From the NCBI GenBank assembly GCA_001661245.1, contig KV454015.1:1-64000 (forward strand): a stretch of 64,000 nt of DNA. The letters are read 5' to 3'. Position numbers and translations under genes: made by a program. The notes below the pieces were generated by a model, which did no database searches, was not told where the DNA came from, and saw nothing but the letters and a program-made list of their open reading frames with translations. Each line of letters opens with the position of its first letter. Within the stretch, counting starts at the first letter, position 1. Origin of the DNA: Pachysolen tannophilus NRRL Y-2460. Lineage: Eukaryota. Below, piece after piece: positions 43,162-54,813 of this stretch.

Positions 43162-44436
43162 ATGTTGGGGAAATTATATTGCAACCCATCAATTGCATCT
43201 AACCTTTTATCGTCATCAGTACATTTCCAATCAAAGCGTCATATTGGTTCTTTTATCAGATCGGTATTATGTATGGACCCACCAGCATCTCCAGATGACC
43301 CTACCCCGGAAAATAGATTTCACCCATGGGATTCTTCGCCATCTGCAGATTTGAGGACTAGAGCTGCAACAATAAGGGCTAAAGCAAAATGTCCTGTATC
43401 AAGTAAAGATATTGAATATACTTGTCCAATTAGTGGTATTCCAACTCATCATTCAAGAGAAGATTGGGAAAAGGACACGGGATATCATCAAACTAAAAAA
43501 TATGAAGTATTGAAAAAAGTGAATATATATGAACATGATTTAAGAAGTGGTAGACCTTTTCCTGAATTTGATTTCCCAACTGTTCAACATCCTGATAATT
43601 TAGTTAATATGACTAATTGGGATACTTTTTTATATACAAGAAATTTTTATTCAATGGATACAGAATTCCAACTTGCAGCTGTAACAAAGATGTTAAGTTA
43701 TCCAATGACAATAGCTAGTATATTGCATCAATTTTCGCCATATTTCATGAAACCAAAAGGACCAATCACCTTGGAAGGATTGAAATCTTTAGCAGCTCTC
43801 CGTTATACCTTATATCCAGAATATAGAACATCTACTTTAAAAGATCGTCCTATGAGAATTTTTATCTTGGGTGCTAGAGCTGAATCTCAATTACCTGGTC
43901 ATATTTGGAAACAATTGGGTTATTTGTTTCCTCATTCAGAATTTGAATTACATTTTATTGGTCCCGAATGTTTATACGATAGAGAAAAAAGACAATACTC
44001 TTATAATGCAAGACCCGTTGTTCAGAGAATTGATGAAAAATTAGCATTTGTTTATCATACAGAATATTTCCATACATTACATGAAGCACAAGATTTCTTT
44101 CCTTATGATCCATACCTTGATGTATTTTTCTTATTCCATCCAGGTTTATCCTCACAAGAGGCCATGCCTCTATGGCATAAATCCATTCCAGGATTATTGG
44201 ATTCAAAATGTGCTTTGTTCATTACGGGTTACCACCAAGAAGATATTGATAGAGATTACAATTGGTTAATGGAAAACTATATCGAAGATTTGGATGTCTT
44301 GTGTGAAAGAATACCTAATCTCTTCGGTAGTACAAAATGGGAATTAAACGATTTGAATCCACATGAAGTTTTCCAATTTAATCAACAACTTTTTGGTGTT
44401 AGAGGTAAGAGATATCACGCTATTAATCAAGGTTAA
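43162..44436 (+). CDS. MSS51: Mitochondrial COX1 translational activator/assembly factor
   Basis: 'PENRFHPWDSSP', 'CP..G.PTHHS', 'YEHDLRSGR', 'ILGARAESQLP', 'RGKRYH'. Confidence 0.96.
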   Translation: MLGKLYCNPSIASNLLSSSVHFQSKRHIGSFIRSVLCMDPPASPDDPTPENRFHPWDSSPSADLRTRAATIRAKAKCPVSSKDIEYTCPISGIPTHHSREDWEKDTGYHQTKKYEVLKKVNIYEHDLRSGRPFPEFDFPTVQHPDNLVNMTNWDTFLYTRNFYSMDTEFQLAAVTKMLSYPMTIASILHQFSPYFMKPKGPITLEGLKSLAALRYTLYPEYRTSTLKDRPMRIFILGARAESQLPGHIWKQLGYLFPHSEFELHFIGPECLYDREKRQYSYNARPVVQRIDEKLAFVYHTEYFHTLHEAQDFFPYDPYLDVFFLFHPGLSSQEAMPLWHKSIPGLLDSKCALFITGYHQEDIDRDYNWLMENYIEDLDVLCERIPNLFGSTKWELNDLNPHEVFQFNQQLFGVRGKRYHAINQG

Positions 44437-44773
44437 GAGAGATTGCTAGAAAGTTTTCTTCAATTTTATCTTCTGTATTCTTCTTTATTTTCTTCTTCTT
44501 TTTTTTTTTTTTATATTATTCTAATTTTACTACTTGATTATTTTAGCAATCGTTTTATTTGTTGGTATTAGGAACAATTTGTCTAATAGTTTTCTTAAAA
44601 AGAAAGATTGGCCTGTATATATATTATTTTTAAATTTAACGAAAATATGAATTTTTCAAAGAAACTTTTGTAATTAAAAGAATGTCTGATATATTATTGA
44701 TTTGAAAATATAAAGATTTTTTCACCTAAACATCAACTTATCATTAACACCGCAAAGCAACTTTTTCTAATAC

Positions 44774-47275
44774 TTATGAATCCGAGTTCTGTTCTCCCGC
44801 TTCTAAACTATAAAGATTACTTAAATCAAAACTGGTATTACTGTTGGCTCGATCTTCAACTTCACTGTTTGTTAAACTGTTCATCCTGCTATTATTATCA
44901 TTAAGGTCATTCATCAGTGTACTGTATAAAGCAGAATCAAGTGGTACACTATCCATATAGTTATACAAAGTATCCAATGCTGGTATGTTCGGGAAAGTAG
45001 ATTGAAAACTGTCATTCATAAACTGAATATTACTTAAAAGATCGTTATCCATCTCTCTGAAAAATTCTTGTAAAATACTGTCATCTAGATTAATTTCTGT
45101 GTTCGAAATGTTATTATTAAATTCATTAGATTGTGGTTCCCCCGCTATTATTCGACGAATCGGGCTATTAACCAGTTGTTTATGTTGTTGTTGCAGTTGT
45201 GGTAATGTAGAGTTAACTACGTTCAAATCCGAATTTTGAAAAAATTCATGATCTAGTTGCTCTTTCTTTAAAAATGAAAAACGGTCCGGCTGTTTCAAAT
45301 TTTCAACAATCTTTTCTTTTCCTAACTCATCTAAAAGTGTAACCATCTCGGTTGTTGCACCTGATATATTAAAATTATTGCTTACCTTCATCCATTTTTC
45401 CACTCTAGTCAAGATAACAGACATTTTTTTAGCAACCAAAGACTTCTTACTAAGGGATATGAGAGCTTCTCTCACTCTATCATATTCTCTTTGAACATTG
45501 ATTTCTAAATCTAATTTTGTTGATCTTACCAAAATTCGAGCTCTTATTAAAGTTACTAATGCGTGTACTGGTCTGTAATAAAAGAAAGTAGGAAAATTTG
45601 AAGTCTCATCACACAAATTAACAAATGAATCAATAATTTTTTCACTTGCTTTGATCATACTTTCAAGAAATTTGGAATATACTTCATTATTTAATTGTGA
45701 ACCTGTATTACATATCACAAAATCGTACATGGTTATTAATAGTTGAAAGTAAATTATTAACACTAAATGTCTCTCTTTTGACTTTTGAGTAATCAAACCA
45801 CTGTCACTAATAAGATCTTGTAATTTAGTTTCATAAGAAGAAATACTATTCACAAATTTTCCTTCTTGCTCTATATCATTTTTATAACTTTTAGAAAAAT
45901 ATTCTGCAATTTCTTGTCCAACTGCTATAATTCTTGAATAATAGTATAAAAATTTATCATTATGGTTACTATCGCCCATCATTAAAAGATCAGAAGCATT
46001 TTCATGACTAGGGGTCCAACTAACACATCTAAATTGAGGTAAAGACAAACCTAAAGAACCACATGATACATAAACAGAGATGAAATTTCTAATCAGTTTT
46101 CTTTCTTCAGAATTAGATATTAAAACATTGTTGGAGTTTCTAATTTTTTCATTCCCTAAATCAAGACATAATGATAAATTTAAAGCCAATAAAAGACTCA
46201 TTTGATGTTTAAAAGATCCCCATTTTCTTGGAGGAGATGACCATAAAGCAAGTATTATACAAACATAAATTAAATCCACAGTAAGATCACCAGTTATATA
46301 AACTCTTTGAGCTAAATTTCTTTCTAAATAATATAGAAGAGTATCATGGAAATCTGGTAGATTTAATCCTGTTACACTAATAGCTGCCAATAATACCAAT
46401 GGACGATTTTCCAAAAGGTAATAAAAATCACAATATTCAGGTGAGAATGAAATTGTTGGCCAATAAGCCAACATATTTTCCAAAAAATAGTTAAACCTTT
46501 CCTGAGCATCTTTTTCATCCAAAATTTTCAACTTTATCAACTCCTTAATTATATTGAATTCATATGGTATTGACGGTAGTTTTGGAATCATCTTTACAGG
46601 ACCTTCTTTCATGGAATTAATGGAAGAAGCAGAATTTTGTATATTTGTTAACCCGCTGCTAGTAGCTTGAGAAGATTGAATGACATGAGCAATTAATTGT
46701 TGTAATTCTGTAAGCTGTGTTGCAATATGGTATAACCCATTAATATCTGTCTTTCCAGATGTACTACCATCATCATTGATTTCATCATTAGAACTAGATT
46801 CAAAATCAATAGTTGCCTTCCCCAACTTCATCTTTTTATTATTATTATTATTATTAAATTTTTCTTGTTTACTAACCTTTTGTTGTAAATTCCCAATCGC
46901 ATCAAACACATCTTTCACAGCTGTTTGCAAAATTGGTAAAGGATCTCCTTTTGAAGCTGAGCTACTGTTAGATCTTGTTCTAGTACTTCTCTTCTTATTA
47001 ACAGAATTTTTTGGTTCAGTAACTACAGAACATTCAACACCAGCAGCAAAACATCTTCTGCAAGAAGCATAAGTTGGATTATCATAAGAGCATCTCATTT
47101 TAAGTTTATGGCATCTTGCACAAGCCCTCACTTGTCTCCAACGGCTTGAAAAATCGGTTGTCTTTGCTAGATCATTGGAATTTTTAGAAGTTGAAGTTGA
47201 ACTTGAAGATTCTGTTAAATCTTTTCGATTTAAACGATCTAATTCCTCACCTCGGCTTAATGCGTGATCTTCCAT
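44774..47275 (-). CDS. Zn(II)2Cys6 transcription factor (War1-like architecture)
   Basis: 'ACARCHKLKMRCSYDNPTYASCRRCFAAGVEC' followed by a long helical regulatory domain and an acidic C-terminus. Confidence 0.85.
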   Translation of the reverse strand: MEDHALSRGEELDRLNRKDLTESSSSTSTSKNSNDLAKTTDFSSRWRQVRACARCHKLKMRCSYDNPTYASCRRCFAAGVECSVVTEPKNSVNKKRSTRTRSNSSSASKGDPLPILQTAVKDVFDAIGNLQQKVSKQEKFNNNNNNKKMKLGKATIDFESSSNDEINDDGSTSGKTDINGLYHIATQLTELQQLIAHVIQSSQATSSGLTNIQNSASSINSMKEGPVKMIPKLPSIPYEFNIIKELIKLKILDEKDAQERFNYFLENMLAYWPTISFSPEYCDFYYLLENRPLVLLAAISVTGLNLPDFHDTLLYYLERNLAQRVYITGDLTVDLIYVCIILALWSSPPRKWGSFKHQMSLLLALNLSLCLDLGNEKIRNSNNVLISNSEERKLIRNFISVYVSCGSLGLSLPQFRCVSWTPSHENASDLLMMGDSNHNDKFLYYYSRIIAVGQEIAEYFSKSYKNDIEQEGKFVNSISSYETKLQDLISDSGLITQKSKERHLVLIIYFQLLITMYDFVICNTGSQLNNEVYSKFLESMIKASEKIIDSFVNLCDETSNFPTFFYYRPVHALVTLIRARILVRSTKLDLEINVQREYDRVREALISLSKKSLVAKKMSVILTRVEKWMKVSNNFNISGATTEMVTLLDELGKEKIVENLKQPDRFSFLKKEQLDHEFFQNSDLNVVNSTLPQLQQQHKQLVNSPIRRIIAGEPQSNEFNNNISNTEINLDDSILQEFFREMDNDLLSNIQFMNDSFQSTFPNIPALDTLYNYMDSVPLDSALYSTLMNDLNDNNSRMNSLTNSEVEDRANSNTSFDLSNLYSLEAGEQNSDS

Positions 47276-47796
47276 CTCAACAGCAAATATGAAAGAAAGA
47301 AGAAAGATACCCTAGATACCTCAACCTTTGTTTAATACCTCGTCTACCACATCAATTTTTTTAAATGAAAAATTTTTGTATTATTATTTATAATATCAAC
47401 TTCTCGATGCTTTCTGTTATCAATCAATATTACCGATTTGTACATCACTAGTATAAGATGCACGCCCTACTTTTCTTTATGTCTTATCAAGTAAATGGAA
47501 GATGAGCTTTTATTAAAAGACTAAAAATGAAAGATATGAAACATGTGAGACATGTAGAGAATGTAGAGAATGTGAAACATTGTTACTAGATTTTTTTTTC
47601 TTTTCGGTATTTTGGTTTTTTTGAATTGGGTGGAGGTTGAACTTTTTAGATACAATTCAAGTTGAAAAGTATACTTTTAAATTTAAATAAAGATCTGAGG
47701 TTTTAAAAGAACATAAAATGATAATGACTTATAAATGTCAAATAAGATCAACATAATTGAAAAGGAATCTTTTTATTTTTATTTTTTTTTTTGTAT

Positions 47797-48503
47797 TTAT
47801 TTGTAAAGAGGAGCTCTATTTTTTTTATTTCTAACCAACCTAACCCATAACCAATCAATAGCTTCTTTAATTCCATCACCCGTTATTGCACTTATAGGTA
47901 ATACTCTTGAATCTCTTGCAGATAAATGTTCTGCTATTGGGTTAAAAATTTCTTTTATATCTTGAACTTCCAATTTTGTTTCTATTTCCATATCTTGTTT
48001 ATTTGCTAACATTAATATTGGAATATTTTCAATTAAATCATTTGTAACTATTTTTGTTAAAACTTTTTGACATTCTAAAAGACGGTCTTTATCACATGAA
48101 TCTATTACAAATACAATTCCATGACATTGAGAATAATAATTTTCCCATAATTCTCTTAAAGAATCTTGACCACCCACATCCCAAAATTTTAAATTTACCT
48201 TTGGATTTATTGATATTGTAGAAACATTTTGTCCAACCGTAGGAAGTATTCTCTCTGGAGGAGTTACTTTTGTCAGTGGATTGAAAATTGATTTTGTCTT
48301 TTCCAAAAAAGTTGTCTTTCCAGCATTATCTAGTCCAAGAATCAATACAGAATATTCTATTTAAACAAAAAAAAAAAAAAAAAAATAAAATAAAAACTTT
48401 TTGTTAATAAATTAAACTCTATCAAAAAGAGAAAACCAAAGAAATCTAACTTACGTTCTTTCTTATTCCAATTATCATATAAACCTTTGGCTAGATGAAA
48501 CAT
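47797..48503 (-). CDS. ARL3: ARF-like GTPase Arl3 (ARFRP1 orthologue), 2 exons
   Basis: Exon 1 48503-48455 (MFHLAKGLYDNWNKKE); intron 48454-48357 (GTAAGT..TATTAAC..TAG); exon 2 continues 'QYSVLILGLDNAGKTT', 'WDVGGQ', 'ANKQD'. Confidence 0.95.
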
Positions 48504-49143
48504 TATAACTCTCAAGTTTTTTCTTTTTTTTTCAAATGAATATAATAGAAGCCTATTTTTACCGATTTTTTTTTTAATCAAATTTCAATTCTCTTTTATT
48601 TGATTTTTTTTTTCTTTATTATCACTATTTGATTGAAAAAAAAAAAGAAAATTTAAATAATTTAAACAAGATTAAGAAATGAATGACTTTTTTAAATTCT
48701 TCTTACAATAATTTCAATAATTTCAGTAATAACAATTAAGAAACAAATCAAATAATTATTAATCTATAATTTCTCTAATCTAGGTGTTGATCAAACAAAA
48801 GACAAATCTTAAGCTAAGCATAAGATCACCGACAAAAACCGCCCCAGTTTACTGAGATAATCTCCGTTTTAAACTAACCAAAGTTCATTTACATACAAGT
48901 CTCTTTTATTGATTTCAATTGTAAATGACTTGAATATTGAATAGTCCAATAAAGAAGAATTAGAAGAATTAGAATAAGAAAAAAAAAAAAACACAAGTGT
49001 CAAATTTTATAATTTATATATAAAAAAACATATATCAAGTATATAATAAACTTTGGAAAAAAAAAAAAAGCCCTTGAAACAAGAGAAGCTTCTGTTTAAA
49101 TGAATGAATGAATGAATAAGTTCATTTATTCAATTTGTTTAAA

Positions 49144-49731
49144 TTAATTGGCTTTACCAAAGTAAGCTTTTGATTTTTCAACTTCTGGGATGATTGTATC
49201 AGCACCTGGCTGCCAGTTTGCTGGACAAACCTCACCGTGGATATCGGTGAATTGGAAAGCTTCCAACAATCTATAAGATTCTTCAACGTTTCTACCAACT
49301 GGTAAATCGTTAATAGTGATTTGTCTTAAAGTACCCTTTGGATCAATTAAAAAGATACCTCTAAGAGCAACACCTTCTTCTTCAATCAAGACACCGTAGT
49401 CTCTGGATAAAGTATGGTTGGTATCAGCCAACAATGGAATGTTTACTGGACCTAAACCACCATCTTTTCTAGCAACATTAGTCCAAGCTAATAATGAATA
49501 TTCAGAATCAGTGGAAGCAAATAAAACTTGACAATCTTTAGCAGCAAACTTCTTGGCAGCCTCAGAGTAAGCAATGATTTCAGTTGGACAAACAAAAGTA
49601 AAAGCTAATGGAATAAAAGCCAATAATACCCATTTACCTTTATATTGGTCTAATGAAACTTCTTCAAAAGCACCGTCAACTACTGCAGTCTTTTTAAAAG
49701 ATGGAGCTGGTTTTTGAATTATTGGAGCCAT
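49144..49731 (-). CDS. TSA1: 2-Cys peroxiredoxin
   Basis: 'FTFVCPTEI', 'INDLPVGRN', 'GEVCPANW'. Confidence 0.97.
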   Translation of the reverse strand: MAPIIQKPAPSFKKTAVVDGAFEEVSLDQYKGKWVLLAFIPLAFTFVCPTEIIAYSEAAKKFAAKDCQVLFASTDSEYSLLAWTNVARKDGGLGPVNIPLLADTNHTLSRDYGVLIEEEGVALRGIFLIDPKGTLRQITINDLPVGRNVEESYRLLEAFQFTDIHGEVCPANWQPGADTIIPEVEKSKAYFGKAN

Positions 49732-50030
49732 TTTTTAATTTTAATTTTTTTCTTTTCTTTCTTTTTGATAAATAAATCAATCAATTGAATTAATTAACTT
49801 TTTTCAATTTTTATTTTATTTTATTTTAAAAACAGAGAGAATCATGTTATTTTATATCATAAACGCTGATTTATAATTCCTTTTATACCCAAATGCTCTC
49901 GTAGGCCTACATTAATAATTTTGAATTTTCTAGATTTTCTTTTTTGGCCATAAAAAGAGGGTAAATATTGGACGTTTGGGTTGAAATTTACACGACGGTT
50001 GTGCATTTTTTCCTATTACCACATGCTAAC

Positions 50031-50102
50031 GGCTGGCTGGCACCTGGCTGGAAAGTTGCACGGGCTGCCCACGCGGCTCACGAGGCCCACGCGGCCCACG
50101 AA
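50031..50102. promoter_or_regulatory. GC-rich element upstream of TSA1: GGCTGGCTGGC plus 4 x 9-bp GCCCACGCG-like repeat
   Basis: GGCTGGCTGGC at 50031-50041 matches the GGCNGGC Skn7-type element. Tandem units GCCCACGCG/GCTCACGAG/GCCCACGCG/GCCCACGAA at 50067-50102. Confidence 0.5.
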
Positions 50103-50259
50103 GAAGGCTACTGGCAAAAAAGTTCCTGCCACTATAAACCATCTCCATATATATCTATCTATATATATATCTACATTTTATTAAATAGTGTTTAGGCAAA
50201 AATGGTATTCTTATAAATAATAGAAAAAAAAACCCCCCAAAAAAGAAAATAAATTTAAA

Positions 50260-50975
50260 TTATAATTCGTCCTTCTTTTGAACAGATTCTTTTTCCAATT
50301 CGCCACAATCTGCAATCTTTATTGTAATATCTGGCTTATTGGCACGGTTGGTCTTAACGTTACTAATATAATCAACGATATCTTCACCGTCAATAACTTG
50401 ACCAAATACAACATGCTTACCATCAAGCCATGGAGTCAATGCCGTGGTAATAAAGAATTGTGATCCATTGGTATTTTTACCAGCATTAGCCATTGATAAT
50501 CTATATTTTTTATCATGCTTTAAGATGAAATTTTCATCAGCAAATTTATCACCATAAATTGATTTACCTCCTCTTCCATTATGTAAAGTAAAATCACCTC
50601 TATAATATAAAATTAAAAAAGCTAGTTAGTAATACATAAAAAAAATTTTGTAAAAAAAAAAAACTTGTGAGTTTTCTAAAACACTTACCCTTGAATCATG
50701 AAATCTTTAATGACTCTGTGGAAAGTTGAATCTTTATATCCAAAAGATCCATCATTTGAAATTGCCAATTGTCTGAAATTTTCAACAGTTTTAGGTACAA
50801 CTGATCCAAATAAACCAATAGTAACTCTACCCAATGGTTTATCACCTTCAACAATATCAAAATAAATCTTATTAGTAATTTCTGGATCTTCCTTAGCTTC
50901 AGCAGAAGAAGCAAAATTGAAAAAATAAAAAAGCGATATTAAAACCGCAATTAAAATCGAAATTAATTTCATCAT
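50260..50975 (-). CDS. CPR5: ER cyclophilin (peptidyl-prolyl isomerase B type), 2 exons
   Basis: Signal peptide; exon 1 50975-50689; intron 50688-50600 (GTAAGT..TACTAAC..TAG). Splicing restores '[16 protein letters not shown]'. Also '[16 protein letters not shown]' and C-terminal KDEL. CPR2/CPR5 lineage. Confidence 0.92.
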
Positions 50976-51368
50976 TAAATAAATTCTATTTAATAAAACT
51001 ATATCTTTCAGTACTATATATATCTTGAGTTTAATTGCTTTTTCAGATAAAAATACCTTTTTTTTTACCACATTTTCACAGAAACTCCAACATAGTTGGA
51101 CGAAACTTTTCAATCTTTAAGCGAAAATCACATCTTTGAACCTTTTTTAGATATTTTTGTATTTGGCAAACGACTTTTGCGTTTTTCTATTGTTTCTATT
51201 GTTTTTATTGTATAATCTGCGAGTTTATGCAAAGTATTATATGAGCCGCAATACTTTTTATTTTATCAATTAGTTTCTTCAACTTGTTGATAGATAGATT
51301 CTTAATTGAATTGTATTTCAATTTTTTTTAATGATTGGTAAAAAACTTGTGTCTTTTTTGTTTTTTTA

Positions 51369-51401
<33 letters not shown>

Positions 51402-52105
51402 AAAACGTTTTGCTCATATCTTTGTAATGTTTTTACTTTTTGTTTGCATATTTGATGTTTCAAATTCTCGTTAGTCTTATTTTCAATAAATCTTGTTCAT
51501 ACATGTCTATTAAGCCATCGGAATTTCTGGAATTCTCCTTTTTCGCAAATTGTTTCTAATATCAATTTTTTAAGTCGCGATCTTGTTCTTCATTGAAAAA
51601 GTTCAATATCAATATTAAATGATTGTTTGTTTGTTTTTTTTTTTTTTTTTTTTTCAAAAACAATCCATAATATGCTGGACTTTTTTTTTTTTTTTCAATT
51701 TCTTCTTTAATAGTTCAATCTAGTTGTCGACCTTTTTAAGTAAGCTCTTATAATAGTAGCCCAGATTTTTTTTCATTTTTGTTCAATTTGAGATTCAACT
51801 GGGAATACATTTTAACAATAAATATTTTTTTTCGGTAACTGCAAAAATTATGCACCTTTTGTTTTTCTTATAATTTCTTTGTAACATTGTGTTATTTTAA
51901 CAATTACCATAAAGAATGTATTTTGAATAGAAGGTCTAAGGTTAGAATTCAACTGATTTTATGTTATTTCAATAATTTTTTAATGCTTGAAAGTAATTAT
52001 ATAAATATGTAGTATCTGTGCTTTCTTGATCATCATATCTTGATATTCTTCTTCGAATACCAGTAATAAAAGAATCAAAAGCCAAAGAAATTAGATAAAA
52101 AAAAA

Positions 52106-53608
52106 ATGTACTTTTACAAAGCTTTTTCCGTTTTAGCTTTGGTCAAACTAGTTACTGCAACAAATACGTTTGGTCTCGTTGCTGTTAACGAAAATGCAAG
52201 AAACCTTCAACATCAAATTAGAGTTAAAGATAACTCGTTAGTAATTGATTATGGCTCTTTTGAAGACAATTCGTTAGAAGCAGAAATTAAAGAAGACGGT
52301 TCTTTAAATACTAAACACGGAAAAATTGCACCTCATCCTGCAGGTCATTTAGCAATTACTCAAACAAATTTTGAGAACGTTAAAGGATTCACTATTGAAG
52401 ATGACCTCTTAAAACTTCATGGGTCTTCAAAATTTTTTGCTTGTCCAAGAACAGATAATGAATATACCTATAATGTTGTCAGAATTGAAGGTGACCATGT
52501 TTGTCCTGGTGGATACAGGCTCCAATTATTTTCGGTTTCTAAAGATGAACCGATTTTAGGTTTTGAAAAACGGTTAGAAAGAAGATGGAGTGAAAGCGAA
52601 GATGATGATGATTGCACTAAATCTAGCGAAGTTGTTGCTACAACCACCAAAGAAGAAGATTGTGATGAGTCAGCAACTACATGGTTCGCTACTACTCAAA
52701 GTTGGGAGACTGAAGTTCCTTCAACATCATGGGAAGAAACTTTTGAATCTGTGACAACTGCTGCCCCAGCTTCAACTTGGGCTTCTAACAGCACATTATA
52801 TTCTTCAACGTCTGCTGGAACTTCTTTTGCTACTTCAAGTGAACCCCCTACTGTAGCAGAAACATCAGAAGCAGCAAGTTCAACTGTTTATACTTCAACT
52901 ACAACCGTTACAAGTATCTATAAAACTGTTACTAGCACTATTATAAATTGTGAGACTTCAATTGGTGGAAATATCAGCACTGAAAGTTTTGAATCAAGCG
53001 TCTTTCCAACACCAACCACATTGTCAACTTTACTGCAAAGTTCAAGTGTTAGTGAAAGTTCTGAAGCTCCAACCACTGGAAGCTTGACCACTACTGAAAC
53101 ATTTTCTTCCGAAGTAGGTAATTACAGTACACCACTCACTTCAACTACAATTGCTTCAAGTTTCTCATCAATTGTTCCAGTTAGTTCTACAATTAACTCG
53201 AAGTCGACATTCTTAAGCAGTTTAGTAACTGAAAGTCACTCTATAGTAACAAAAACTTCCCAGTACGTTATTATTCCAACTTCAAGTTCAGCTTTAAATT
53301 CATCTGAATGGATTTCAACTTCTGAATACGAATCATCTTTTGAATGGATACCTTCATCAACCGAATGGAGTTTGGAAAACCCATCAATAACCGAAGAGGA
53401 ATGCGATACAGCTACAAAAACTTATAATCATACATTCACAACTGACGAAGGATGGGAGAGTACCATTGATCCTTCAATTCCAAAACCTGCATTAGATCAC
53501 GATCATGAAAGCACTGAACAGAATCACATTCCTGTTCCGACAAGTACATCTGAAGAAGATTGCGATGAGTCTACTAAAACTGTTGCTCCTACTGTCAGAG
53601 GTGTCTGA
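52106..53608 (+). CDS. Secreted Ser/Thr-rich cell-wall protein
   Basis: Signal peptide; N-terminal domain of about 130 aa with two Cys ('FFACP', 'HVCPGG'); dibasic 'KR..RR' sites; Ser/Thr stalk with repeated EEDCDE motifs. Confidence 0.8.
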   Translation: MYFYKAFSVLALVKLVTATNTFGLVAVNENARNLQHQIRVKDNSLVIDYGSFEDNSLEAEIKEDGSLNTKHGKIAPHPAGHLAITQTNFENVKGFTIEDDLLKLHGSSKFFACPRTDNEYTYNVVRIEGDHVCPGGYRLQLFSVSKDEPILGFEKRLERRWSESEDDDDCTKSSEVVATTTKEEDCDESATTWFATTQSWETEVPSTSWEETFESVTTAAPASTWASNSTLYSSTSAGTSFATSSEPPTVAETSEAASSTVYTSTTTVTSIYKTVTSTIINCETSIGGNISTESFESSVFPTPTTLSTLLQSSSVSESSEAPTTGSLTTTETFSSEVGNYSTPLTSTTIASSFSSIVPVSSTINSKSTFLSSLVTESHSIVTKTSQYVIIPTSSSALNSSEWISTSEYESSFEWIPSSTEWSLENPSITEEECDTATKTYNHTFTTDEGWESTIDPSIPKPALDHDHESTEQNHIPVPTSTSEEDCDESTKTVAPTVRGV

Positions 53609-54167
53609 TTGACTTTAAAAAGTCAACATTGGAGGCTGGAAACAAAAACAAAACTAAAACTTTAACCAAAACAGAAAGTTCAGAGAAATGGTGAATAATT
53701 ATTATCCAAATTTTGTCTAACTAAATTTTCTATTGGAAAGAGCCAAAAGAAAAAAAAAGAAAAAAAAAGCAAAAAAAGTTATCCGAAATACATAAAACAC
53801 ATAATTTATACCTTTTTTTTTTATATTTTATTTTAATACTTTTAAAACCATTTTTCGTTTGTTTTACCAATTTATATGCGTATTATGGACAACTTCTAAT
53901 ATATATATTTTTTTTTCTGAATTTCACTAAATCGAAAAAACCAGCTGAAAGCTGGAAGAAACAAAGTTGAATGAATAAAATTCTAACAAAATGTTCGTAG
54001 TAAAAAAAAAAACAAAAAAAAAAAAATTAATGGGTGTCAAGCCAAGTTTTCCTCAGTAAAGAGTGAAGCAAAATGAGCTGTAATAGAATAAGATTAAAGA
54101 AACTTTTGAAATATTTAAGAAAACACAAAAAGTGAAAAATAAGATGAAAAAAAAAAAAAAAAACAAA

Positions 54168-54205
<38 letters not shown>

Positions 54206-54755
54206 NNNNNNNNNNNNNNNNNNNNNNNNNNNNNNNNNNNNNNNNNNNNNNNNNNNNNNNNNNNNNNNNNNNNNNNNNNNNNNNNNNNNNNNNNNNNNNN
54301 NNNNNNNNNNNNNNNNNNNNNNNNNNNNNNNNNNNNNNNNNNNNNNNNNNNNNNNNNNNNNNNNNNNNNNNNNNNNNNNNNNNNNNNNNNNNNNNNNNNN
54401 NNNNNNNNNNNNNNNNNNNNNNNNNNNNNNNNNNNNNNNNNNNNNNNNNNNNNNNNNNNNNNNNNNNNNNNNNNNNNNNNNNNNNNNNNNNNNNNNNNNN
54501 NNNNNNNNNNNNNNNNNNNNNNNNNNNNNNNNNNNNNNNNNNNNNNNNNNNNNNNNNNNNNNNNNNNNNNNNNNNNNNNNNNNNNNNNNNNNNNNNNNNN
54601 NNNNNNNNNNNNNNNNNNNNNNNNNNNNNNNNNNNNNNNNNNNNNNNNNNNNNNNNNNNNNNNNNNNNNNNNNNNNNNNNNNNNNNNNNNNNNNNNNNNN
54701 NNNNNNNNNNNNNNNNNNNNNNNNNNNNNNNNNNNNNNNNNNNNNNNNNNNNNNN
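54206..54755. other. Assembly gap (550 N) flanked by poly-A
   Basis: Run of N bases. Confidence 1.
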
Positions 54756-54813
54756 AAAAACAAAAAAAAAAAAAAAAAAAAAGAAAAGGAAATACAATCC
54801 ATTATACATCTAT

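Noticed and set aside
48357..48581. 74-aa ORF, and likewise the separate ORFs at 50685-51113 and 50260-50493
   Set aside because: Fragments of spliced genes (ARL3 exon 1 plus intron; the two cyclophilin exons), not independent genes or pseudogenes.
49968..50195. Short ORFs containing AAHAAHEAH / PTRPTR repeats
   Set aside because: TTG starts; they simply translate the 9-bp promoter repeat upstream of TSA1.
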